NCBI GenBank assembly: GCA_051313645.2
Contig: JBNRSN020000354.1
Coordinates: forward strand, 310,001-374,000
DNA length: 64,000 nucleotides
Reading direction: 5' to 3'
DNA from: Centroscyllium fabricii
Lineage: Eukaryota
Under the pieces are notes generated by a model. The model did no database searches, had not been told where the DNA came from, and worked only from the letters and a program-made list of their open reading frames with translations. The position numbers were made by a program, and so were the translations under genes. How positions within the stretch are numbered: position 1 is the stretch's first letter; the number at the start of each line of letters is the position of its first letter. Below are positions 30,951 through 45,900 of the stretch, one piece after another.

Positions 30951-33900
30951 GCCAGAGAGGGAAATAGTCAGGCGCCTGATCAGAGAGGGATATAGTCAGG
31001 GGCCTGGTCAGAGTAATAGTCAGGGGCCTGGTCAGAGAGGGATATAGTCAAGGCCCTGGTCACAGAGGGATATAGTCAGGGGATGGTCAGAGACGGATAT
31101 CGTCAGGGGATGGTTAGAAAGGGATATAGTCAGGGGATGGTCAGAGAGGGATATAGTCAGGCGATGGTCAGAAAGGGATATAGTCAGGGGATGGTCAGAG
31201 AGCGATATCGTCAGGGGCCTGGTCAGAGAGGGATATCGTCAGGGGATGGTCAGAGAGGGATATAGTCAGGGGATGGTCAGAGAGGGATATAGTCAGGGGC
31301 CTAGTCAGAGAGGGATATCGTCAGGGGATGGTCAGAGAGGGATATCGTCAGGGGATGGTCAGAGAGGGATATCGTCAGGGGATGGTCAGAGAGGGATATC
31401 GTCACAGGAGGGTCAGAGAGGGATATCATCAGGGGATGGTCAGAGAGGGATATAGTCAGGGGATGCTCAGAGAGGGATATCATCAGGGGATGGTTTGAAA
31501 GGAATATAGTCAGGGGATGGTCAGAGAGGGATATCGTCAGGGGATGGTCAGAGAGGGATATAGTCAGGGGATGGTCAGAGAGGGATATCGTCAGGGGATG
31601 GTCAGAGAGGGATATCGTCAGGGGCCTGGTCAGAGAGGGATATAGTCAGGGGATGGTCAGAGAGGGATATAGTCAGGGGCCTGGTCAGAGAGGGATATCG
31701 GCAGGAGATGGTCAGAGAGGGATATCGTCAGGGAATGGTCAGAAAGAGACATAGTCAGGGGATGGTCAGAGAGGGATATCGTCAGGGGATGGTCAGAGAG
31801 GGATATCGTCAGGGGATGGTCAGAGAGGGATATCGTCAGGGGCCTGTCAGAGAGGGATCTAGTCAGGGGATGGTCAGAGGAATAGTCAGGGGATGGTCAG
31901 AGAGGGATATCGTCAGGGGATGGTTAGAGAGGGATATAGTCAGGGGATGGTCAGAGAGGGATATCGTCAGGGGATGGACAGAGAGGGATATCGTCGGGCC
32001 TGGTCAGAGAGGAATATAGTCAGGGGATCGTCAGAGAGGGATATCGTCAGGGGATGGTCAGAGAGGGATATCGTCAGGGGATGGTCAGAGAGGGATATCG
32101 TCAGGGGATTGTCAGAGAGGGATATCGTCAGGGGATGGTCAGAGAGGGATATCGTCAGGGGATGGTCAGAGAGGGATATAGTCAGGGGATGGTCAGAGAG
32201 GGATATCGTCAGGGGATGGTCAGAGAGGGATATAGTCAGGGGCCTGGTCAGAGAGGGATATAGTCAGGGGATGGTCAGAGAGGGATATAGTCGGGATGGT
32301 CAGAGAGGGATATCATCAGGGGATGGTCAGAGAGGGATATCGTCAGGGGATGGTCAGAGAGGGATATAGTCAGGGGCCTGGTCAGAGAGGGATATAGTCA
32401 GCGGATGGTCAGAGAGGGATAAAGTCAGGGGATGGTCAGAGAGGGATATCGTCAGGGGATGGTCAGAGAGGGATATTGTCGGGATGGTCAGTGAGGGATA
32501 TAGTCAGGGGATGGTCAGAGAGGGATATCATCAGGGGATGGTCAGAGAGCGATATCGTCAGGGGATGGTCAGAGAGGGATATCGTTAGGGGATGGTCAGA
32601 GAGAGATATAGTCAGGGGATGACCAGAGAGGGATATCGCCAGGGGATGATCAGAGAGGGATATAGTTAGGGGATGGTCAGAGAGGGATATCGTCAGGGGC
32701 TGGTCAGAGAGGGATATAGTTAGAGGATGGTCAGAGAGGGATATCGTCAGGGGATGGTCAGAGAGGGGTATAGTCGGGATGGTCAGAGAGGGCTGTAGTC
32801 AGCGGCCTGGTCAGAGAGGGATATCGTCAGGGGATGGTCAGAAAGGGATATAGTCAGGGGATGGGCAGAGAGGGATATCGTCAGGGGCCTGGTCAGAGAT
32901 AGATATTGTCAGGGGATGGTCAGAGAGGGATATAGTCAGGGGATGGTCAGAGGGGGATATAGTCAGGGGCCTGGTCAGAGAGGGATATCGTCAGGGGATG
33001 GTCAGAGAGGGATATCATCAGGGGATGGTCAGAAAGGGATACAGTCAGGGGATGGTCAGAGAGGGATATCATCAGGGGATGGTCAGAGAGGGATATCGTC
33101 AGGGGATGGTCAGACAGGGATATCGTCAGGGGCCTGGTCAGAGAGGGATATCATCAGGGGATGGGCAAAGAGGGATATAGTCAGCTGATGGTCAGAGAGT
33201 GATATCGTCAGGGGATGGTCTGAAAGGAATATAGTCAGGGGATGGTCAGAGAGGGATATCGTTAGGGGATGGTCAGAGAGGGATATAGTCAGGGGATGGT
33301 CAGAGAGGGATATAGTCAGGGGATGGTCAGAGAGGGATATCGTCAGGGGATGGTCAGAGAGGGATATCGTCAGGGGCCTGGTCAGAGAGGGATATCGTCA
33401 GGGGATGGTCAGAGAGGGATATCGTCAGGGGCCTGGTCAGAGAGGGATATAGTCAGCGGATGGTCAGAGAGGGATAAAGTCAGGGGATGGTCAGAGAGGG
33501 ATATCGTTAGGGGATGGTCAGAGGAATAGTCAGGGGATGGTCAGAGAGGGATATCGTCAGGGGATGGTCAGAGAGGGATATCGTCAGGGGCCTGGTCAGA
33601 GAGGGATATCATCAGGAGATGGTCAGAGAGGGATATAGTCAGGGGATGGTCAGAGAGCGATATCGTCAGGGGATGGTCAGAGAGGGATATCGTGAGGGGC
33701 CTGGTCAGAGAGGGATATAGTCAGGGGATGGTCAGAGAGGGATATAGTCAGGGGCCTGGTCAGAGAGGGATATCGGCAGGAGATGGTCAGAGAGGGATAT
33801 CGTCAGGGGATGGTCAGAAAGAGACATAGTCAGGGGATGGTCAGATAGGGATATCGTCAGGAGATGGTCAGAGAGGGATATCGTCAGGGGATGGTCAGAG

Positions 33901-36900
33901 AGGGATATCGTCAGGGGCCTGTCAGAGAGGGATATAGTCAGGCGATGGTCAGAGGAATAGTCAGGGGATGGTCAGAGAGGGATATCGTCAGGGGATGGTC
34001 AGAGAGTGATATCGTCAGGGGATGGTCAGAGAGGGATATCGTCAGGGGATGGTCAGAGAGAGATATCGTCAGGGGATGGTCAGAGAGGGATATCGTCAGG
34101 GGATGGTCAGAGAGGGATATCGTCAGGGGATGGTCAGAGAGGGATATCATCAGGGGATGGTCAGAGAGGGATATCATCAGGGGATGGTCAGAGAGGGATA
34201 TCGTCAGGGGATGGTCAGACAGGGATATCGTCAGGGGCCTGGTCAGAGAGGGATATCGTCAGGGGATGGGCAAAGAGGGATATAGTCAGCTGATGGTCAG
34301 AGAGTGATATCGTCAGGGGATGGTCTGAAAGGAATATAGTCAGGGGATGGTCAGAGAGGAATATCGTTAGGGGATGGTCAGAGAGGGATATAGTCAGGGG
34401 ATGGTCAGAGAGGAATATAGTCAGGGGATGGTCAGAGAGGGATATCGTCAGGGGATGGTCAGAGAGGGATATCGTCAGGGGCCTGGTCAGAGAGGGATAT
34501 CGTCAGGGGATGGTCAGAGAGGGATATCGTCAGGGGATGGTCAGAGAGGGATATCGTCAGGGGCCTGGTCAGAGAGGGATATAGTCAGCGGATGGTCAGA
34601 GAGGGATATAGTCAGGGGATGGTCAGAGAGGGATATCGTTAGGGGATGGTCAGAGGAATAGTCAGGGGATGGTCAGAGAGGGATATCGTCAGGGGATGGT
34701 CAGAGAGGGATATCGTCAGGGGCCTGGTCAGAGAGGGATATCATCAGGAGATGGTCAGAGAGGGATATAGTCAGGGGATGGTCAGAGAGCGATATCGTCA
34801 GGGGATGGTCAGAGAGGGATATCGTCAGGGGCCTGGTCAGAGAGGGATATAGTCAGGGGATGGTCAGAGAGGGATATAGTCAGGGGCCTGGTCAGAGAGG
34901 GATATCGGCAGGAGATGGTCAGAGAGCGATATCGTCAGGGGATGGTCAGACAGGGATATAGTCAGGGGCCTGGTCAGAGAGGGATATCGTCAGGGGATGG
35001 TCAGATAGGGATATCGTCCGGGGATGGTCAGAGAGGGATATCGTCAGGGGATGGTCAGAGAGGGATATCGTCAGGGGCCTGTCAGAGAGGGATACAGTCA
35101 GGGGATGGTCAGAGGAATAGTCAGGGGATGGTCAGAGAGGGATATCGTCAGGGGATGGTTAGAGAGGGATATCGTCAGGGGATGGTCAGAGAGTGATATC
35201 GTCAGGGGATGGTCAGAGAGGGATATCGTCAGGGGCCTGGTCAGAGAGGGATATAGTCAGGGGATGGTCAGAGAGGGATAGCGTCAGGGGATGGTCAGAG
35301 AGGGATATCGTCAGGGGATGGTCAGAGAGAGATATCGTCAGGGGTTGGTCAGAGAGGGATATCGTCAGGGGATGGTCAGAGAGGCATATAGTCAGGGGGT
35401 GGTCAGAGAGGGATATAGTCAGGGGATGGTCAGAGAGGGATATCGTCAGGGGATGGTCAGAGAGGGATATAGTCAGGGGCCTGGTCAGAGAGGGATATCG
35501 TCAGGGGATGATCAGAGAGCGATATCGTCAGGGGATGGTCAGAAAGGGATATAGTCAGGGGATGGTCAGAGAGGGATATCGTCGGGATGGTCAGAGAGGG
35601 ATATCGTCGGGGATGGTCAGAGAGGGATATCGTCAGGGGATGGTCAGAGAGTGATATCGTCAGGGGATGGTCAGAGAGGGATATCGTCAGGGGATGGTCA
35701 GAGAGGGATATCGTCAGGGGATGGTCAGAGAGGGATATAGTCAGGGGATGGTCAGAGAGGGATATCGTCAGGGGATGGTCTGAAAGGAATATAGTCAGGG
35801 GATGGTCAGAGAGGGATATCGTCAGGGGATGGTAAGAGAGGGATATCGTCAGGGGATGGTCAGAGAGGGATATCATCAGGGGCCTGGTCAGAGAGGGATA
35901 TCGTCAGGGGATGGTCAGAGAGGGATATCGTCAGGGGCCTGGTCAGAGAGGGATATAGTCAGAGAGGGATATCGTCAGGGACCAGGTCAGAGAGGGATAA
36001 CGTCAGGGGATGGTCAGAGAGGGATATCGTCAGGAGATGGTCAGAAAGGGATATAGTCAGGGGCCTGGTCAGAGAGGGATATCGTCAGGGGATGGTCAGA
36101 GAGGGATATCGTCAGGGGATGGTTAGAAAGGGATATCGTCAGGGGATTGTCAGAGAGGGATATCGTCAGGGGATGGTCAGAGAGGGATATCGTCAGGGGA
36201 TGGTCAGAGAGGGATATAGTCAGCGGATGGTCAGAGAGGGATATCGTCAGGGGATGGTCTGAAAGGAATACAGTCGGGATGGTCAGAGAGGGATATCGTC
36301 GGGATGGTCAGAGAGGGATATAGTCAGGGAATGGTCAGAGAGGGATATCGTCAGGGGATGGTCAGAGAGGGATATAGTCAGGGGCCTGGTCAGAGAGGGA
36401 TATCGGCAGGAGATGGTCAGAGAGGGATATTGTCAGGGGATGGTCAGAAAGAGACATAGTCAGGGGATGGTCAGAGAGGGATATCATCAGGGGATGGTCA
36501 GAGAGGGATATCGTCAGGGGCCTGGTCAGAGAGGGATATAGTCAGGGGATGGTCAGAGAGGGATATAGTCAGGGTCCTGGTCAGAGAGGGATATCGGCAG
36601 GAGATGGTCAGAGAGGGATATCGTCAGGGGATGGTCAGAAAGAGACATAGTCAGGGGATGGGCAGATAGGGATATCGTCAGGGGATGGTCAGAGAGGGAT
36701 ATCGTCAGGGGATGGTCAGAGAGGGATATCGTCAGGGGCCTGTCAGAGAGGGATACAGTCAGGGGATGGTCAGAGGAATAGTCAGGGGATGGTCAGAGAC
36801 GGATATCGTCAGGGGATGGTTAGAGAGGGATATCGTCAGGGGATGGTCAGAGAGTGATATCGTCAGGGGATGGTCAGAGAGGGATATCGTCAGGGGCCTG

Positions 36901-39900
36901 GTCAGAGAGGGATATAGTCAGGGGATGGTCAGAGAGGGATAGCGTCAGGGGATGGTCAGAGAGGGATATCGTCAGGGGATGGTCAGAGAGAGATATCGTC
37001 AGGGGTTGGTCAGAGAGGGATATCGTCAGGGGATGGTCAGAGAGGGATATCGTCAGGGGATGTTCAGAGAGGGATATCGTCAGGGGATGGTCAGAGAGGG
37101 ATATAGTCAGGGGCCTGGTCAGAGAGGGATATCGCCAGGGGATGGTCAGAGAGGGATATAGTCTGGGGCCTGGTCACAGAGGGATATCGTCAGGGGATGG
37201 TCAGAGAGGGATATCGTCAGGGGATGGTCAGAGAGGGATATCGTCTGGGGATGGTCAGAGAGGGATATAGTCAGGGGGTGGTCAGAGAGGGATATCGTCA
37301 GGGGATGGTCAGAGAGGGATATCGTCAGGGGATGGTCAGAGAGGGATATCGTCAGGGGATGGTCAGAGAGGGATCGAGTCGGGATGGTCAGAGAGGGATA
37401 TAGTCAGGGGATGGTCAGAGAGGGATATAGTCAGGGGCCTGGTCAGAGAGGGATATAGTCAGGGGATGGTCAGAGAGGGATATAGTCGGGAAGGTCAGAG
37501 AGGGATATCATCAGGGGATGGTCAGAGAGGGATATCGTCAGGGGATGGTCAGAGAGGGATATAGTCAGGGGATGGTCAGAGAGGGATATCGTCAGGGGAT
37601 GGTCAGAGAGGGATATCGTCAGGGGATGGTCAGAGAGGGATACCGTTAGGGGATGGTCAGAGAGAGATATAGTCAGGGGATGACCAGAGAGGGATATCGC
37701 CAGGGGATGGTCAGAGAGGGATATAGTTAGGGGATGGTCAGAGAGGGATATCGTCAGGGGATGGTCAGAGAGGGATATAGTTAGGGGATGGTCAGAGGGA
37801 TATCGTCAGAGAGGGATATAGTCAGGGGATGGTCAGAGAGGGCTGTAGTCAGGGGCCTGGTCAGAGTTAGATATCGTCAGGGGATGGTCAGAGAGGGATA
37901 TAGTCAGGGGATGGTCAGAGAGGGATATAGTCAGGGGCCTGGTCAGAGAGGGATATCGTCAGGGGATGGTCAGAGAGGGATATAGTCAGGGGATGGTCAG
38001 AGAGGGATATAGTCAGGGGCCTGGTCAGAGAGGGATATCGTCAGGGGATGATCAGAGAGCGATATCGTCAGGGGATGGTCAGAAAGGGATATAGTCAGGG
38101 GATGGTCAGAGAGGGATATCGTCAGGGGATGGTCAGAGAGGGATATCGTCGGGATGGTCAGAGAGTGATATCGTCAGGGGATGGTCAGAGAGGGATATCG
38201 TCGGGATGGTCAGAGAGGGATATAGTCAGGGGATGGTCAGAGAGGAATATCGTCAGGGAATGGTCTGAAAGGAATATAGTCAGGGGATGGTCAGAGAGGG
38301 ATATCGTCAGGCGATGGTCAGAGAGGGATATCGTCAGGGGATGGTCAGAGAGGGATATCGTCAGGGGATGGTCTGAAAGGAATATAGTCAGGCGATGGTC
38401 AGAGAGGGATATCGTCAGGGGATGGTCAGAGAGGGATATCGTCAGGGGATGGTCAGAGAGGGATATCATCAGGGGCCTGGTCAGAGAGGGATATCGTCAG
38501 GGGATGGTCAGAGAGGGATATCGTCAGGGGCCTGGTCAGAGAGGGATATAGTCAGAGAGGGATATCGTCAGGGACCAGGTCAGAGAGCGATATCGTCAGG
38601 GGCCTGGTCAGAGAGGGATATCGTCAGGGGATGGTCAGAGAGGGATATAGTCAAGGGATGGTCAGAGCGGGATATAGTTAGGGGCCTGGTCAGAGAGGGA
38701 TATCGTCAGGGGATGGTCAGAGAGCGATATCGTCAGGGGATGGTCAGAAAGGGATATAGTCAGGAGATGGTCAGAGAGGGATATCGTCAGGGGATGGTCA
38801 GTGAGGGATATCGTCAGGGGATGGTCAGAGAGGGATATAGTCAGCGGATGGTCAGAGAGGGATATCGTCAGGGGCCTGGTCACAGAGGGATATAGTCAGG
38901 GGATGGTCAGAGAGGGATATCGTCAGGGGATGGTCAGAGAGGCATATAGTCAGGGGGTGGTCAGAGAGGGATATAGTCAGGGGATGGTCAGAGAGGGATA
39001 TCGTCAGGGGATGGTCAGAGAGGGATATCGTCAGGGGATGGTCAGAGAGGGATATCGTCAGGGGATGGTCAGAGAGGGATATAGTCAGGGGATGGTCAGA
39101 GAGGGATATCGTCAGGGGATGGTCTGAAAGGAATATAGTCAGGGGATGGTCAGAGAGGGATATCGTCAGGGGATGGTAAGAGAGGGATATCGTCAGGGGA
39201 TGGTCAGAGAGGGATATCATCAGGGGCCTGGTCAGAGAGGGATATCGTCAGGGGATGGTCAGAGAGGGATATCGTCAGGGGCCTGGTCAGAGAGGGATAT
39301 AGTCAGAGAGGGATATCGTCAGGGACCAGGTCAGAGAGGGATAACGTCAGGGGATGGTCAGAGAGGGATATCGTCAGGAGATGGTCAGAAAGGGATATAG
39401 TCAGTGGCCTGGTCAGAGAGGGATATCGTCAGGGGATGGTCAGAGAGGGATATCGTCAGGGGATGGTTAGAAAGGGATATAGTCAGGGGATGGTCAGAGA
39501 GGGATATAGTCAGGCGATGGTCAAAAAGGGATAAAGTCAGGGGATGGTTAGAGAGCGATATCGTCAGGGGCCTGGTCAGAGAGGGATATCGTCAGGGGAT
39601 GGTCAGAGAGGGATATAGTCAGGGGATGGTCAGAGAGGGATATAGTTAGGGGCCTGGTCAGAGAGGGATATCGTCAGGGGATGGTCAGAGAGCGATATCG
39701 TCAGGGGATGGTCAGGAAGGGATATTGTCAGGGGATGGTCAGAGAGGGATATCGTCAGGGGATGGTCAGAGAGGGATATCGTCAGGGGATTGTCAGAGAG
39801 GGATATCGTCAGGGGATGGTCAGAGAGGGATATCGTCAGGGGATGGTCAGAGAGGGATATAGTCAGCGGATGGTCAGAGAGGGATATCGTCAGGGGATGG

Positions 39901-42900
39901 TCTGAAAGGAATACAGTCAGGGGATGGTCAGAGAGGGATATCGTCGTGATGGTCAGAGAGGGATATAGTCAGGGGATGGTCAGAGAGGGATATCGTCAGG
40001 GGATGGTCAGAGAGGGATATCGTCAGGGGCCTGGTCAGAGAGGGATATCGTCAGGGGATGGTCAGAGAGGGATATAGTCAGGGGCCTGGTCAGAGTTAGA
40101 TATCGTCAGGGGATGGTCAGAGAGGGATATAGTCAGGGGATGGTCAGAGAGGGATATAGTCAGGGGCCTGGTCAGAGAGGGATATCGTCAGGGGATGGTC
40201 AGAGAGGGATATAGTCAGGGGATGGTCAGAGAGGGATATAGTCAGGGGCCTGGTCAGAGAGGGATATCGTCAGGGGATGATCAGAGAGCGATATCGTCAG
40301 GGGATGGTCAGAAAGGGAAAAAGTCAGGGGATGGTCAGAGAGGGATATCGTCAGGGGATGGTCAGAGAGGGATATCGTCGGGATGGTCAGAGAGGGATAT
40401 CGTTGGGATGGTCAGAGAGTGATATCGTCTGGGGATGGTCAGAGAGGGATATCGTCGGGATGGTCAGAGAGGGATATAGTCGGGATGGTCAGAGAGGGAT
40501 ATCGTCAGGGGATGGTCTGAAAGGAATATAGTCAGGGGATGGTCAGAGAGGGATATCGTCAGGGGATGGTCAGAGAGGGATATCGTCAGGGGATGGTCAG
40601 AGAGGAATTTCGTCAGGGGATGGTCAGAGAGGGATATCGTCAGGGGATGGTCAGAGAGGGATATCGTCAGGGGATGGTCAGAGAGGTATATCGTCAGGGG
40701 CCTGGTCACAGAGGGATATCGTCAGGGGATGGTCAGAGAGGGATATCGTCAGGGGCCTGGTCAGAGAGGGATATAGTCAGGGGATGGTCAGAGAGGGATA
40801 ACGTCAGGGGATGGTCAGAGAGGGATATCGTCAGGAGATGGTCAGAAAGGGATATAGTCAGGGGCCTGGTCAGAGAGGGATATCGTCAGGGGATGGTCAG
40901 AGAGGGATATTGTCAGGGGATGGTTAGAAAGGGATATAGTCAGGGGATGGTCAGAGAGGGATATAGTCAGGCGATGGTCAAAAAGGGATATAGTCAGGGG
41001 ATGGTTAGAGAGCGATATCGTCAGGGGCCTGGTCAGAGAGGGATATCGTCAGGGGATGGTCAGAGAGGGATACAGTCAGGGGATGGTCAGAGAGGGATAT
41101 AGTTAGGGGCCTGGTCAGAGAGGGATATCGTCAGGGGATGGTCAGAGAGCGATATCGTCAGGGGATGGTCAGAAAGGGATATAGTCAGGGGATGGTCAGA
41201 GAGCGATATCGTCAGGGGATGGTCAGAGAGGGATATCGTCAGGGGATTGTCAGAGAGGGATATCGTCAGGGGATTGTCAGAGAGGGATATCGTCAGGGGA
41301 TGGTCAGAGAGGGATATCGTCAGGGGATGGTCAGAGAGGGATATAGTCAGCAGATGGTCAGAGAGGGACATCGTCAGGGGATGGTTTGAAAGGAATATAG
41401 TCAGGGGATGGTCAGAGAGGGATATCGTCAGGGGATGGTCAGAGAGGGATATAGTCAGGGGATGGTCAGAGAGGGATATCGTCAGGGGATGGTCAGAGAG
41501 GGATATAGTCAGGGGATGGTCAGAGAGGGATATCGTCAGGGGATGGTCAGAGAGCGATATCGTCAGGGGCCTGTCAGAGAGGGATATAGTCAGGGGATGG
41601 TCAGAGGAATAGTCAGGGGATGGTCAGAGAGGGATATAGTCAGGGGCCTGGTCAGAGAGGGATATCGGCAGGAGATGGTCAGAGAGGGATATCGTCAGAG
41701 GATGGTCAGAAAGAGACATAGTCAGGGGATGGTCAGAGAGGGATATCATCAGGGGATGGTCAGAGAGGGATATCGTCAGGGGATGGTCAGAGAGCGATAT
41801 CGTCAGGGGCCTGTCAGAGAGGGATATAGTCAGGGGATGGTCAGAGGAATAGTCAGGGGATGGTCAGAGAGGGATATCGTCAGGGGCCTGGTCACAGAGG
41901 GATATAGTCAGGGGATGGTCAGAGAGGGATATCGTCAGGGGATGGTCAGAGAGGGATATAGTCAGGGGATGGTCAGAGAGGGATATAGTTAGGGGCCTGG
42001 TCAGAGAGGGATATCGTCAGGGGATGGTCAGAGAGCGATATCGTCAGGGGATGGTCAGGAAGGGATATTGTCAGGGGATGGTCAGAGAGGGATATCGTCA
42101 GGGGATGGTCAGAGAGGGATATCGTCAGGGGATTGTCAGAGAGGGATATCGTCAGGGGATGGTCAGAGAGGGATATCGTCAGGGGATGGTCAGAGAGGGA
42201 TATAGTCAGCGGATGGTCAGAGAGGGATATCGTCAGGGGATGGTCTGAAAGGAATACAGTCAGGGGATGGTCAGAGAGGGATATCGTCGTGATGGTCAGA
42301 GAGGGATATAGTCAGGGGATGGTCAGAGAGGGATATCGTCAGGGGATGGTCAGAGAGGGATATCGTCAGGGGCCTGGTCAGAGAGGGATATCGTCAGGGG
42401 ATGGTCAGAGAGGGATATAGTCAGGGGCCTGGTCAGAGTTAGATATCGTCAGGGGATGGTCAGAGAGGGATATAGTCAGGGGATGGTCAGAGAGGGATAT
42501 AGTCAGGGGCCTGGTCAGAGAGGGATATCGTCAGGGGATGGTCAGAGAGGGATATAGTCAGGGGATGGTCAGAGAGGGATATAGTCAGGGGCCTGGTCAG
42601 AGAGGGATATCGTCAGGGGATGATCAGAGAGCGATATCGTCAGGGGATGGTCAGAAAGGGAAAAAGTCAGGGGATGGTCAGAGAGGGATATCGTCAGGGG
42701 ATGGTCAGAGAGGGATATCGTCGGGATGGTCAGAGAGGGATATCGTTGGGATGGTCAGAGAGTGATATCGTCTGGGGATGGTCAGAGAGGGATATCGTCG
42801 GGATGGTCAGAGAGGGATATAGTCGGGATGGTCAGAGAGGGATATCGTCAGGGGATGGTCTGAAAGGAATATAGTCAGGGGATGGTCAGAGAGGGATATC

Positions 42901-45900
42901 GTCAGGGGATGGTCAGAGAGGGATATCGTCAGGGGATGGTCAGAGAGGAATTTCGTCAGGGGATGGTCAGAGAGGGATATCGTCAGGGGATGGTCAGAGA
43001 GGGATATCGTCAGGGGATGGTCAGAGAGGTATATCGTCAGGGGCCTGGTCACAGAGGGATATCGTCAGGGGATGGTCAGAGAGGGATATCGTCAGGGGCC
43101 TGGTCAGAGAGGGATATAGTCAGGGGATGGTCAGAGAGGGATAACGTCAGGGGATGGTCAGAGAGGGATATCGTCAGGAGATGGTCAGAAAGGGATATAG
43201 TCAGGGGCCTGGTCAGAGAGGGATATCGTCAGGGGATGGTCAGAGAGGGATATTGTCAGGGGATGGTTAGAAAGGGATATAGTCAGGGGATGGTCAGAGA
43301 GGGATATAGTCAGGCGATGGTCAAAAAGGGATATAGTCAGGGGATGGTTAGAGAGCGATATCGTCAGGGGCCTGGTCAGAGAGGGATATCGTCAGGGGAT
43401 GGTCAGAGAGGGATACAGTCAGGGGATGGTCAGAGAGGGATATAGTTAGGGGCCTGGTCAGAGAGGGATATCGTCAGGGGATGGTCAGAGAGCGATATCG
43501 TCAGGGGATGGTCAGAAAGGGATATAGTCAGGGGATGGTCAGAGAGCGATATCGTCAGGGGATGGTCAGAGAGGGATATCGTCAGGGGATTGTCAGAGAG
43601 GGATATCGTCAGGGGATTGTCAGAGAGGGATATCGTCAGGGGATGGTCAGAGAGGGATATCGTCAGGGGATGGTCAGAGAGGGATATAGTCAGCAGATGG
43701 TCAGAGAGGGACATCGTCAGGGGATGGTTTGAAAGGAATATAGTCAGGGGATGGTCAGAGAGGGATATCGTCAGGGGATGGTCAGAGAGGGATATAGTCA
43801 GGGGATGGTCAGAGAGGGATATCGTCAGGGGATGGTCAGAGAGGGATATAGTCAGGGGATGGTCAGAGAGGGATATCGTCAGGGGATGGTCAGAGAGCGA
43901 TATCGTCAGGGGCCTGTCAGAGAGGGATATAGTCAGGGGATGGTCAGAGGAATAGTCAGGGGATGGTCAGAGAGGGATATAGTCAGGGGCCTGGTCAGAG
44001 AGGGATATCGGCAGGAGATGGTCAGAGAGGGATATCGTCAGAGGATGGTCAGAAAGAGACATAGTCAGGGGATGGTCAGAGAGGGATATCATCAGGGGAT
44101 GGTCAGAGAGGGATATCGTCAGGGGATGGTCAGAGAGCGATATCGTCAGGGGCCTGTCAGAGAGGGATATAGTCAGGGGATGGTCAGAGGAATAGTCAGG
44201 GGATGGTCAGAGAGGGATATCGTCAGGGGCCTGGTCACAGAGGGATATAGTCAGGGGATGGTCAGAGAGGGATATCGTCAGGGGATGGTCAGAGAGGGAT
44301 ATCGTCAGGGGATGGTCAGAGAGGGATATCGTCAGGGGATGGTCAGAGAGGGATATGGTCCGGGGCCTGGTCAGAGAGGGATATCGCCAGGGGATGGTCA
44401 GAGAGGGATATAGTCTGGGGCCTGGTCAGAGCGGGATATAGTCAGGGGATGGTCAGAGAGGGATATAGTCAGGGGATGGTCAGAGAGGGATATCGTCAGG
44501 GGCCTGGTCACAGAGGGATATAGTGAGGGAATGGTCAGAGAGGGATATCGTCAGGGGATGGTCAGAGAGGGATATAGTCAGGGGGTGGTCAGAGAGGGAT
44601 ATAGTCAGGGGATGGTCAGAGAGGGATATAGTCAGGGGATGGTCAGAGAGGGATATCGTCAGGGGATGGTCAGAGAGGGATGTAGTCAGGGGCCTGGTCA
44701 GAGAGGGATATCGTCAGGGGATGATCATTGAGCGATATCGTCAGGGGATGGTCAGAGAGGGATATCGTCAGGGGATGGTCAGAGAGGGATATAGTCAGGG
44801 GATCGTCAGAGAGGGATATCGTCAGGGGATGGTCTGAAAGGAATATAGTCAGGGGATGGTCAGAGAGGGATATCGTCAGGGGATGGTCAGAGAGGGATAT
44901 CGTCAGGGGATGGTCAGAGAGGGATTTCGTCAGGGGATGGTCTGAAAGGAATATAGTCAGGCGGTGGTCAGAGAGGGATATCGTCAGGGGATGGTCAGAG
45001 AGGGATATCGTCAGGGGATGGTCAGAGAGGGATATCGTCAGGGGCCTGGTCAGAGAGGGATATCGTCAGGGGATGGTCAGAGAGGGATATCGTCAGGGGC
45101 CTGGTCACAGAAGGATATAGTCAGGGGATGGTCAGAGAGGGATATCGTCAGGGGATGGTCAGAGAGGGATATAGTCAGGGGGTGGTCATAGAGGGATATA
45201 GTCAGGAGATGGTCAGAGTGGGATATCGTCAGGGGATGGTCAGAGAGGGATGTAGTCAGGGGCCTGGTCAGAGAGGGATATCGCCAGGGGATGGTCAGAG
45301 AGCGATATAGTCTGGGGCCTGGTCAGACCGGGATATAGTCAGGGGATGGTCAGAGAGGGATATAGTCAGGGGATGGTCAGAGAGGGATATCGTCAGGGGA
45401 TGGTCAGAGAGGGATATAGTCAGGGGGTGGTCAGAGAGGGATATAGTCAGGGGATGGTCAGAGAGGGTTATCGTCAGGGGATGGTTAGAGAGGGATATCG
45501 TCAGGGGATGGTCAGAGAGTGATATCGTCAGGGGCCTGGTCAGAGAGGGATATAGTCAGAGAGGGATATCGTCAGGGACCAGGTCAGAGAGGGATAACGT
45601 CAGGGGATGGTCAGAGAGGGATATCGTCAGGAGATGGTCAGAAAGGGATATAGTCGGGATGGTCAGAGAGGGATATAGTCAGGCGATGGTCAAAAAGGGA
45701 TATAGTCAGGGGATGGTTAGAGAGCGATATCGTCAGGGGCCTGGTCAGAAAGGGATATCGTCAGGGGATGGTCAGAGAGGAATATAGTCAGGGGATGGTC
45801 AGAGAGGGATATAGTTAGGGACCTGGTCAGAGAGGGATATCGTCAGGGGATGGTCAGAGATCGATATCGTCAGGGGATGGTCAGAAAGGGATATAGTCAG

